64,000 bases of DNA from Auanema rhodensis. Its lineage: Eukaryota > Animalia > Nematoda. Location: contig OZ059899.1 in assembly GCA_964057225.1 (NCBI GenBank), positions 5,394,001 through 5,458,000 of the forward strand, given 5' to 3'. Position 1 is the first letter of the stretch, and each line of letters opens with the position of its first letter. The notes under the pieces are model-generated. The model ran no database searches, was not told where the DNA came from, and was given only the letters and a program-made list of their open reading frames with translations. Made by a program: the position numbers and the translations under genes. This document shows positions 14,371 through 26,830 of this stretch, in pieces.

Positions 14371-17007
14371 ATCAATTAGAATTCAATAATATCTGATACA
14401 CAATCAGATATTGAGAATTATTATCCCATGATTACAGTTATTCATCAGATTCATCACCAGAATTGAAAACTCATATATACGTGTCATGTTGTCTTTCTAC
14501 CGTAATCCCACACTCCTCATCTCCTTTATTAGAAAATGCCACAATCAACATTTCGGTGAAATATCAACTATACTCAAGTATTATGACATCATTGTTTATT
14601 TGTTTGTTTACAATGCTGCCTTTGTTTTCTGAGTTACGTTGTTTCCAGCATTATAATACGTGTCATATTATTTGAATTTCCTTGAATTAATGCTCTTTAG
14701 CTGAAGTTCAGTTTTCTATGTTTATTTTCTGTTTAACTATACATAAATTCTAATGTAATATATCTGGAATATACCTAAGCTATTCAAATCGGGTTTTCTC
14801 ACTGCCACACCAGTGATCTGAAATTTTTTTTTTTGCTTTTCGAAACTCTTGCCAAACTTGAGAAATCGTTTGAATTCTTTCTTTTTTTTTGTTATAAGCG
14901 CATATGAGATTTACCAGGCCTAGGCTCTCAGATTTAAATGGTTATTCCAGCTATATCAATTCAAAATTCTTTTATTCTTATGTATTTATTTTTAAAAAAA
15001 CGAGACGTACTACAGTGGTCATATCTATTTACAGGGTCATTAAGCGGTTTTTAACTTCTTGTTGTATCACTTAACTCCCTCATATCTCACCCTATATCCC
15101 CCTCCCCCTTTCTCTCTATCTCTTTGTATCCGGAAGAAATTATTTTCGCTTTTAGGATATAACAAACTCAGATAGAACGATTCAGCAGACATGTAATTCT
15201 AGTCACATAGTATACTTGTGACGTCTATACACATGTTTCAATTATTAAAAGATTATATATTGAATATAGTTAATAAATTAGAGACATATATTGTCTTTAC
15301 TATATACATATATAATAAAATCTTCATTGTCATCGGGTTAATATGTTTAAAATTAAAAAATAAATATTTTATTTTTATAAATATTGTATTATTATATTAT
15401 ATATACAAAGAAATTTAAATATATTTTATTTTATTTTATATTTTCTATTTAAAAATTAAAATAATTAAAATATTTTTCATATTCATATTCAAACAACAAC
15501 AAAAAATTTGAAATTTGTTTCTTTTTGTGTTCAGTTTTAGATGAACGGTTGTTCATTATGTTTCAACATGTGAAAATGAACAAATAAAGTTTTGAAAACA
15601 AAGAAAAACAGAAAAAAAAGACAAAAAACTGTAATGTAACAGATAGTTTATACACATTCCAAAATATACAAAAGTTTGTTGAAAATTTGAAAAAAAAAAA
15701 ACAAAAACAATATGTTTCATATGATTTTTCATCTACTAAACAACAATATACCATCTGTATAATATATATTGACTTCTGATCTTGAATATATTATAATACA
15801 ACATATATAACTTTCTTTAACTATACTACTCTAACTATACTTAGTTTATTTTTAAAAAAAGTTTTATTAACTATATGATTTATAAATATATATTATGTAC
15901 ATATAAATATAAGTAATAGTTAATCAAAATCGGAAATACGAAAAGGTGAAAAGACGACGAAAAAAAAACTTTTTTTTGTGAAAAAAGTTGATAGAAATCA
16001 GCATCTTTCCTTATACTTCTTTCATTTTTTTAAATCTGCTTGTTACGCATTTATGTTTTTGTTCGTCAACGATTCCCATTGGCGCCTTCGTCTGTCCGTT
16101 CCAAGGTCGTCACTTCAGTCTCAACCAGTCGATTCTCAACCTCGTGCCGTCGGTTTCTTCTTCAGAAAAATCTTTCAATTTTTTTTCTTTTAAATAACCT
16201 TATAGTACCCATACAAAAACTATTTTTTGTATATTTATCAATATATTTATATATTTATATAATATAAAGAATTATATTAAATACTTCAATACTATTCATA
16301 TCATCATCATCATCATCATCTTCTACACATTTCATTCTCATACTATTTCTATTTTTTTATTTCTTTTTCTTATTTCCCTCTTTCTCTTTCTTTCTTTCTC
16401 ATTCTCTCTCTCTCTCTCTCTCTAACCCCTCTACCTCTTCTTTTTTTATTTTTTTACCTCTTCTATTCTCTATTTTCTACATGAATCTTTTTTTAATTCT
16501 GAGTTTCGTAATGTCCTTGTATCGTAAAAGTGCATTTACCTTAATCATTTCGTTTTTGAAGATTATTCAATTGACTTTCCTCATTTTTTTCTTCTTTCTT
16601 CGACATTTTTTTAACGAAAACCTTCTAACATTCTTGACAATTACATATACGTATGTCAATGTATTTTATATATAAAACCTTTTATTTCTTTATAATTTAA
16701 TTAATTTTATATATTCTTTTAATGAAATAAACACTATTTCTTTGCCAATAACTCTTCTTACAAAACTTTTTGAATTATTGAAATCCAGTGTCCGTCTGTC
16801 CTCCCCATACTCTTCACCAATATTGGATAGTTGTCTATTCGATCTCAAGGACTTTCACTATATATGAATAACTTTACGCATTTTTGTCAGATGTTTTTCG
16901 GTTTTTCTCTTCAAATTCAACTTTTTCTCTGTTGCAGGTTCAGATATAGTCATATACACCTGTTTGCTCCAGTATATTTCACGTGAATATCACATCCACT
17001 TGAAGAC

Positions 17008-19257
17008 ATGACAACTGCTACGGTAACATACCATGAGTTACCTAATTGGGAATCAGGCACCCAACCATTACCTCGTCTCGACACACATCAGATGACTTCA
17101 TCAACATCTGTACATTCACCATACCATCCGAATATTTATCCAACTTCTGCTCAATATAATTCTGGTTAGTAAGCACTGATCAGAAAAAAAGTAAACCATT
17201 TTTGCAGAAGCAGATGATGATAAGTGGCAAGTATATCGTAGTGCACGAACTCCTACAACTTCAGCTGCAAGCACCTACACCAAATCTCATCAAGTAAACA
17301 TAGTTAAATATATATTATAGTTAGTGCCAGAAAAAAGAAAGAAACGACTTTGTTTCTTATTTCTCACATCATCTACTGGTTTTCTTTTTCTCTTTTTTTT
17401 AGACTATTAACTGCTTTTGAAGGTCGTTTCGAATTTGATACATTAAACATGCCTAAACATATATTTATAAAATATATTATTTTTTTTAAAAACAAACATT
17501 TAAAAAAATAAAAAAACAAATATTTAATTTTTCATTTAGATGCCTATCAAGCGTGTAACGAAAAGTCGTAGTAGACCATTTACAGTGTCTTGTGAGGAAT
17601 TATGTCTTGTTTGTGGTGATAAAGCTTCAGGATATCATTATAATGCTTTAACATGTGAAGGATGTAAAGGTATATTGATATTCAATATAGTTATATTCTA
17701 ACTTCTATAGGTTTCTTTCGTCGTTCTATAACTAGAAAAGCTACCTATTATTGTAAATTTGGTCAAAATTGTGAAATTGATATGTATATGAGAAGAAAAT
17801 GTCAGCATTGTCGACTTCAAAAATGTTCCAAAATTGGTATGAGAGCTGAACGTAAGTTTTAATCTTTTATAAATAAATTATTTGAAATAATAATTTATAT
17901 ATATCTATCTATATGTAGTTGTTATACCTGAAGAACAATGTCGAATAAAACGAGAAGCCAAACTTCGACAACGAAATACTAATGCTTGCAATAGCACAAC
18001 ATCAAAATCAGAAGAAGGAGTTGTTGATACATCAGAAACACCGAATGTATATTTTATTTTGTTTTTTGAATTTTTAAATTTAAAAATTTATAAATATAAA
18101 TAGTTAATATTACTAATTTAGATTGTTATAAATCAAATGCCTATTGAAACTCAAGAATTAATATCACGTTTATCATCAATATCAAAAGAATTTTTGATGC
18201 CTTCTGATGAAGCAATGACATCTTTATCGGCTAGTTCCATTTTTATATTTATTCTTTATATTTATATAATTAATATAAATATAATAATACTAATTGGCAT
18301 TTTTTAGATGCATTGTTCGTCAACTCAAGTATCGTTGTTTCAACATTTGGCTGAATTAACGATACTGGAAGCTCAGTTAGCACATGAGTTCATACGTCAT
18401 CTTCCAGGATTTTTACGTTTAGACGAAGAAGATCGTAAAACAATTCAAAAGGTACTAACATATAACTTATAAGTATATATAGTTATATTTGAATTTGATT
18501 GACATTTCAGTCAAGTAAATCGGATTTGTTCCTCTTACGTGCCGTTCAACGTTACGATCCCAGTTCCGATCAAGTTGTCTATGGAAACGATAATCACAAA
18601 TATCGGTTCGGTTTCATCTATCTGGATTTTATTTTTAAAAAAATGAAAAATATTCTTAACTTTTCTTATTTCAGCTTATCAGAAACCGATTACTCAAGGG
18701 CAGGCCTTCAAAAATCTGTTAGTATTTTCAATTTTATCCGTTCATTAGCTAAATTATGTCCGGACACAACAGAACTTGCATTATTACAAGCTATAGTTAT
18801 CTTTTCAGGTTTGTTTTTCAAACTTATCTTATGTTATTTCAAAAATAATTACAAACTTTTGTTTTAAGAACGTGATGTATTCAAGAAGAAATCTCAAGTT
18901 GATGAAATTCAAGAAATATATACTTTAGCTCTTCAACAATATATTGAAACTAATCGACCTATTGGACAAAAAACATTATATGCTAAGTATATTGTTAAAT
19001 TAGCTGATTTAAAAAAAATTAATACAGTAAGTTAGTTATAATGAAGAATAAATTATATTAAAGAAATCCTTCTATATATATATTTCTTTGAAAAACTTTA
19101 AAAAACTTATTTTTAGAGCACGAATACAACATCAGGAAGCACGCCTACAACCCCAACATCGCTACATTCGCCAAATTTCGGTCCATGTCCAACTGATATT
19201 TATCGAAGTGATTGGAGTGAACATCACAGTGGATCAAGTCGGACAAGTACTCCATAA
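17008..19257 (+). CDS. EcR: Ecdysone receptor orthologue (NR1H/EcR nuclear hormone receptor), 11 coding exons
   Basis: [90 protein letters not shown] is EcR-diagnostic. The LBD has [30 protein letters not shown] and [11 protein letters not shown]. Exons: 17008-17164, 17208-17293, 17540-17669, 17711-17851, 17919-18046, 18122-18229, 18308-18451, 18511-18605, 18675-18808, 18869-19026, 19117-19257. Confidence 0.92.
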
Positions 19258-20319
19258 TATTATATTATATAATTAATATAATTATATATTTATATTATTA
19301 TAATTATCAATATCATCATCATCATTCAAAGCTGTAACTGTTGATACCTTATTATCAACAGAAATATGATAGTGAAACTACACATCATCGTCGTCATTAT
19401 GAAAGTTTCCAAAGATATTCTGAAATCGAAGAAAATGAGATTTTCTAAGTGAAAATGACGAAAGAAAGAAGAAATAGAATATATTTATAATAAAAATTAA
19501 TATTTTTTCTGTATTTTTATTTATAAAATATAGTATATTATCATATAATTATATATTAATTTAAAATTATTAGATTTAAGATAATTTTAAAAAAGAAATA
19601 TATACACCATAATAGGTAGAAGTGAAGATACATCACTATATCAAGCCTATGTCTTATGCATATAGATTGTAATGAATTCCTCATAATAACCAACTATCAT
19701 GAACAAAGAAACAGCTTTTCTCAGACAATAACTATTAAAAATTTTAAAAAATAACGACGAATATCCTGAGACAATGATGAAGCATCTTCTAACATCAGCA
19801 TCAACACTGACAACACAGCTAGTGGCCTTGACGACTACTTCCCCATCTCAATGACAAACTGTCATCAGATTGCCATTGTTACTTTAAAAGCAAAGAAAGG
19901 AATTTTTAACGAAAATTCAAAAAACTTCCTGAAACACGTCAAATATGAAAGATCAGTAGCAACGTTGGCTTCCCACCATCATAATATTACAAAGGTCATT
20001 AGCTTTCAGAGAACATATTAACTGATACAAAAACTTTCAATGAATCACTTTTTGGCAATTTGAATCAAAAAGATTGAATGGGTCGTATGATAAAGAAGGT
20101 TATAAGAGATAGAATAATATGTGTAGAGAAAGAGAGTGAGAGAGAGAGAGAGAGAACGCTCAGTTAACGTGAAAGACAACAAAATTTTAGAAAATTGATG
20201 AATGACTACTGATTTATTAACTCATCAATTCTGAAAAAAAAAAGTTCAAATGATTCTTGACTTCTAAACCAATCATCTTTCAGATCGGTATGGGTTGGCT
20301 ATTACAACAATCATGCCCA

Positions 20320-20325
20320 TATAAA
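20320..20325 (+). promoter_or_regulatory. Candidate TATA box of the secreted peptide gene
   Basis: CATATAAAGG about 95 nt upstream of the ATG; TGATAA (GATA) sites also lie upstream. Confidence 0.45.
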
Positions 20326-20417
20326 GGTAGATCAACCATCGTTTCACAAAATATAATCATTTTTCAACTTATTTCTTATATGATAATTGAAACTTTATTC
20401 AATAATTTCAGAAAATC

Positions 20418-20813
20418 ATGAGAACTATTATCGCAGTTCTTCTTCTTGTTGCTGCTGTATCTGCTCAATTTGGTAATAATTTCAATACAAAAATATTTTT
20501 ATTAAGATGTGCTTTAGGGATGAACAGAGGACCAAGTTATCACGGACAAACTGGATTCAACAGTGGCCCCAACTACCATCAACAGTCCAACTTCAACCGT
20601 GGACCAACTAACTACCATCAACAGACTAGCTTTAACCGTGGACCAACTGGATTCAACCAACAGGGAAGCTTCAACAGAGGACCAACTGGATTCAACCAAC
20701 AAGGAAGCTTCAACCATGGCCCAAGTAACTACGGCAACCATGGTCCAGTAGGATATCACCCAGCCACCGGAGCTCACCCAGCTGTTGGACTCGTTGGACA
20801 TTTACTCGGATAA
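20418..20813 (+). CDS. Small secreted Gly/Asn/Gln-rich repeat peptide, caenacin/NLP-29-like antimicrobial peptide candidate
   Basis: Signal peptide MRTIIAVLLLVAAVSA followed by QFG. One 45-nt intron (20473-20517). Repeated FNRGPxxFxQQxS units, ending HPAVGLVGHLLG*. TTTCAG acceptor immediately before AAAATCATG. Confidence 0.85.
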   Translation: MRTIIAVLLLVAAVSAQFGNNFNTKIFLLRCALGMNRGPSYHGQTGFNSGPNYHQQSNFNRGPTNYHQQTSFNRGPTGFNQQGSFNRGPTGFNQQGSFNHGPSNYGNHGPVGYHPATGAHPAVGLVGHLLG

Positions 20814-21263
20814 TCTACCTTACTAATGATCTTTTTAAACTTGTTTCTTTTGTTATTGTTATATACATACGTATGTATATATAATTGTTTTACAAATATT
20901 TCATAAAAATTAAATTAAATATCAAAAAAACTTATTCTTCTCTTGATACAAAAACCCAAATTCTTATAAAGTTGACAGAAATTAAATCAATATATGTATG
21001 TCTATCTACATATTGTATGTAATTATTGTCAATTTAAAAAAATTATATAATAATTCATATAAAATATAATTTATTCTTCAGTTACTACTGCAAAATAAAT
21101 ATAAGCGAAATATTCAAGAAGTATCTTTTTAATTATGAAGAAATCTGCTTTGCAGATCAAATTTTAAAAACTCAATTAATAATTAGAGTTAAAATATAAG
21201 GATATATTATATCCTATATCATTCGCCTGAAATATTCTATACTATACATATAATAATAATAAT

Positions 21264-22469
21264 TCAAAGTTTAAATTTACAGTTAAATGATTCTTTAAAT
21301 GATTGAATTATATTTTGGGTTATTCGTCTGATTGGAGATAAAGTAAAGCAAATACTTAAAGGACAAACTATATGTGAAAATACTATTGATACAACACTTA
21401 AATCAGCAATATCTATAAAATATATTATTTTGAATTAAAAATTATTTTAAAAATAATAAAATTACTTTTTACATGTATACGAAATATATTAACAAATGCC
21501 ATTATAACATAAGGTATAAGAAGAAGTGCCGTATGTGATATACCCTATTCATATAATTTTTTATTTTTAAATATAAAATATATAATTTACCATAACTAAA
21601 GTAGTTGTCGTAATTCTACGTTGTGTACTTATAACTTTAACAGATGTTGAAGTTTTTAGTTTATAAACTAAAAATAAAGATGCTACAAATCCAAAAATAT
21701 AATATCCAACAACAATATAAACAGCACAATAGAATAATATTTTAGTTTTAGTCATAGAAAGATCATATGTCATTACTTTATAATTACCAAAATCAGATAA
21801 AGTCATATTTAAAGCCTAAAATTATAATTTTTAAACTTATTATAGTTTAATATAATTAATTAATAATAAATAAATAAAAGAAAACAAACGTTTAAACATT
21901 TAGAAAGTATTTGATCATCTGGTGCTAACAAATAGTATCCAGCTACTATTACTGATAAAGTAAAAATACAATGAGTAAAATATGAATAATATATTAAATT
22001 TTTATAAATAGGTGATAAGCATACTGATATTTGTATATATCTATTTATTAAAATATAAGCAAGTACAGTTAATTCTCCTTAAAAATATTTTTCATTTAGT
22101 TTATAAAATGTTTATTTATTTTATAATAAACAAATTACCTGCAAGTAAAGTTACTTGTATAAATATATATTCACGAGCTGGTAATCCGAATATCGTTGAT
22201 ATTGGGCCAACTGATGAAAATCCTGAACATGGATAGAGTAGGACAGGCCTACCAAGTACTATGAATACACCTGAGAAGTATGATCTAAGATTTAAAAAAA
22301 ATATTATTATTATATAATATATAATTAAAACATACAGTAATATATAACTTAAAAATAGATATTGACTTGTTCTTGTCATTGATTCATTTTTAATAACACA
22401 AAATGAGGTAAATATGGGTACAATAACACCAAAAACAACAATAACCATTGAAACAATTTCAGGTCTCAT
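21264..22469 (-). CDS. Serpentine 7TM chemoreceptor (Str superfamily, srh/sri/str-like); multi-exon
   Basis: Hydrophobic exons in series: MRPEIVSMVIVVFGVIVPIFTSFCVIKNESMT..., VLGRPVLLYPCSGFSSVGP (typical PvllyP..g.ys.G segment), ...ISTQRRITTTTLVM, and terminal HIVCPLSICFTLSPIRRITQNIIQSFKESFNCKFKL*. A TTTTCAG acceptor lies upstream at ~22576. Confidence 0.8.
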
Positions 22470-25465
22470 AATAAGTTACTATAATTACTGATTTACTATA
22501 TATTGAACTTTTGGATGCTATGCACGTTTGCAAATATAAAAAAGTAGAACAGAATCCGTAATTCAAATAAGATATCTGAAAAAATATAAAATGATAAGAA
22601 ATTTTTGGAATATTCAGCTGTTAATTTTAAAAGTAATTAACAAAATATCAAGAGAATCGATAATAATTAATTCAAATAACTTTAATATGAAATAATATAT
22701 AAATCCATATGAATATATACATAAATATAATAAAATAAATATATAATTTAGATATATTGATATAAGGTTATGATCTTTATTTTAATTTTTTTTGTTTAAT
22801 ATCTGAAGTTTCCCTTTAAATATATTTCATGGATAGTACTTAGATGTCTCTTACTTGCCTTGGTAACAGGATCTATAGTTGAAACATTCATCTTCAGCCT
22901 TTCTATCTCTTTCGACCTCTACCTCTTTTCTAATCTCTCTATTTTACTCATTCATTCATTATCTTCATCTGCTCATTGGAAAAATGAGATAGATAGAGAA
23001 TGGAAAAGAATAAGTTGGTGAAGAAAATGTTAACGATAAAATGGCATATGGAGAAACAGTTGGCTAGATGAAGACGTAAAGCCTGAGCTTGTCCTCCGTT
23101 TGCTTCTTTTACCTTTTTCTCTTTTGTGTAATAAAGTGGAAAAAAGAGAAAAAAAGGAAAGGAAAGACGATGATACTGATGAGAATGACAGAATAGAAGA
23201 AAGAATGAACGATATTTTAATTGAAATGATAATTTGAAGCTTTTGACGTCATAAATTGGTCAACAGCTGCTTTTAAGAAAAAGTTCATCATGTAAGACAT
23301 ATGAATAAATGTAGTTTTTATATTACTTATGTACTATAAAATATTCAAAAAATGATAATAAAGAAAGAAGATAAAAGATTATTTAGTAACATATTTTCAT
23401 AATTTACATATATAATACGTAATAAATAATATTATTTTTGTTCTTTCATCTATGTGATGTCAAGAACATTTTTTTCTTTTTATAAGAACTTTTCATGCAT
23501 GAAATATTAAATACAAAAAATTATTTATAAAATAAAATAAAGAAGTGTTATAATTAGAAATATAAGTATAAACAAAAAATATAAATATTTATCATAATAA
23601 TTATATAATGTTTCTTAATTAATTATTAAAAAATATTATTTAAATATATTTTTTTAATATTAAAATTTTAAAAAAAAGTAAATATAAAATTATATTTCAT
23701 ATTCAATGTTAATTGAATCGTGAATAAAAATTTGAATGATACGTAATGATAATCTTTTGAAATAAAAAGAATTCAAATGAATAATCTTCTAGTAATCTTA
23801 GTGAATTCATTCAATATTTTCATGGCGGTACAATACACTTTTTGAAATTAATATTCAATATTTTATAATATTTGTATTTTCATCTATGCATTGGAAAAGA
23901 CAATTAATTGAACAAAAAAAATCAAAATAATCAAAACTGAGGTGGGGGGAGGGTTGGTCTGTTTCTGATAATATGTACAAATATTTATATTTTACATAAT
24001 AAATAAAGTTTTTTGAATCCAAGTTCTGAATTTCATGTGATCCCTCACGTTTCAAGCGTTTCCGAATACAAATCTTCTCATTACACCCCAATTGCGACAA
24101 AATGAAAGAAAAATGAGATGAAAAAGAGAATGAGGGAAAAGAAGAATAAGAGAGAAATTAGTTAAAAAGTTCCTGAAGTTTTCTCTCAATTTTATTTATT
24201 TCTTTCATCATTATCAGTCTTCAAATCATATATTCTTCAACATTTTTTTCAGCTTTATCTCTATATTCTCCACAAGATAATTCATCAAAATCGTCACCGT
24301 GTTCTCTTTTCTCTCAAATTTTATTTTAAATTTAATTCTCATTTATTTTGATTTTTACCCTTGTTGGTTCCTTTAATACTTCCTGGTTTAAATCAAGGTG
24401 ATGATAATTTTAAAAATTGATAATAAGAGAATACAAAGAGAAAGAAAAAGAGAGAGAGAGAGAGAGAGACAGACAGAGACAGAGAGAAAAAGAGAGAGAC
24501 CAAGAAAGAGAGAGGGAAAGAGAGAGAAAAAGAGAAATGTAGAAGGGAGGGGGAGGAATGTGAAAGTAGAGAAAGGACCGACATGCATATACACATGTAG
24601 AGGAAAGACTTTTGATGAATTAATATAAACCTAAAGTAAAAAGATTTTTCTAGCTCTAATTTATTATGAAAAGCTTCATTAAGCTGTGAATATTATTATT
24701 GAACGTTCATTGACTAATAATATTTATTATTTATTTGTAAAGAATAATGATTTATTAAAAAATAATATATTTAGTTATATCACATTGAGCTGAAAAGACA
24801 CGAATATATGTTTTTACAGGTAAAATTTTAATAAAAAGTGACATAATTGGTTAAGTAGTTAAGTGAGAAAATAAAGAGAATTAAGGAATATTGTAATAAT
24901 AATCAATTAAATGATTATGCAAATTATAAAAATATATATATTTCATAGAAATTAAGGAAATAATGGAATTTCTTTTGTCAATTTTTGCTTTTAAAAGCAA
25001 AAAATAAAGAAAATACACATGTATACATATGCACAGGATATATATAGAAAATAAAGTAAATCACCGACATGGTCAGAACAACGAGACGAGGCTTACAGAA
25101 AATATTTCTTTGTTAAAACAATGTTCAGTAAGAAAAATTAAAAAAAAACATAAAGCATTATAGCATAATGCTTATAATTCAAAACTTTGAAATAATAATG
25201 AAATTATCAATTTATAACAAAGTTATAATAATATAAACAAAGAATGAAATAATTCAAATCCTATACGAATTTTAAAGGCTTATGGCAGTAATATTTGAGA
25301 TAATAAGCAATTCAATTAAAGTTTTTCTACATTTCTTTTAGCAAATAAGCAATTTATTCTTATTCAAGCTTAAGAAATGTTTTGCAGAAAAGAAACAACT
25401 TTGAGAATTAAACTATAGAACTTAAAGCTTTCAATTTTTAGTATTTCAATCTACATGTTAATCAT

Positions 25466-26786
25466 TTAGATAGTAGATTCGTGGAAAGCCTGTGTATATT
25501 CCACTGGTGTTGATCGAACATATCCGGCTGGTCCCTTAAATAATAAAAACATTTTTAATTTAATTCTAATTAGTAATATTATTATATTATTCTTCATAAA
25601 ATAAAATTTATACAAACCTGAGTATAGATAACATCAGGTTGAACTTGCTGGATACGGTTGGCGTTTATGTAATCTTGACTAACTGGAGTTACAAGGGGTG
25701 GCTAAAGTAAAAACATTTTGATTAATACATATATTCTATATACTATATATGTATGATCATATACTATACTGAATTATCTTATAACATACCTGAGAATATT
25801 GAGGATTTGGACGATATGGATCAGGGTTGTAGGTTTGGTTCATGGACATTGGAGATGGTGCTACAACTGGTGATCGTGGATCAAATCTGAATTAACTATA
25901 TTACATCAATCCATATTCTACTTGACTTACTCAAAGTTTTGCGAATTTTGTTGCGAATTTTGTTGCTGAGGTGGTTGATACATTTGAGATGAAGCTGGTC
26001 TGTATGATGGAGCTTGAGCTGGCCATTGTCCAGAATTTCTACTACTGCCTGTGTAACGTTTTTTCTCTTTATCATCATCCCTCATCTGAAATAAAATTCA
26101 TATTTTGACGTCTTCATGTATATTTTGTTTCAGAATATGCCTTGATTTCGTTAAAAATTCAAATTTCGTGACATCGTCATTGCATCTGCTTAAGAGAGAT
26201 TGCAAAAGCATTTTGATTGCTCTTCGTCTTTATGATTTTCGTTTGTATTTCTTGATACATACAGAAGAATATGTATGTATGTAATATGAATTTCGCTTTA
26301 TTGGTTCATCTTCGGCTTTCTTTCTCTTGTTCTCTCTCATTCCCTACCTTATACTCTCTGTATCTATCTCTTATTTTTCTTCTTCTCTCCCGGAGGTCAA
26401 GAACAACTTAATATTTTCGAAGAAGCTTGAGCGCTGTTGATGTTTCATGAAGACTTCTCTCTTGGAAACTACATTCGAATAGAACACCAATATCCTACAT
26501 TCTCTTCTTTTTCCCTCAACTACCTTCATTAAGATATGCTCGAAGAGAGAAGTCAGAAAGATAGATAGAACATAAAGAGAAAGGAATGAAGAGAAAGGGG
26601 ATAAGCAAGATGAAAAAGTACAGTGAAGGGAGGAATGTTAAAGCTGCTACAATTGTCCTTTTACCACAATATGTTTGTCTTTTATGTGATGACGGATAAG
26701 ATGAAGATGAAGGAAAAGAACCATAGAATCATCCCTTTAACCCAAAGAACTGTTATTAGGGTTTAAATAGATGAGAAAGAGAGAAC

Positions 26787-26830
<44 letters not shown>

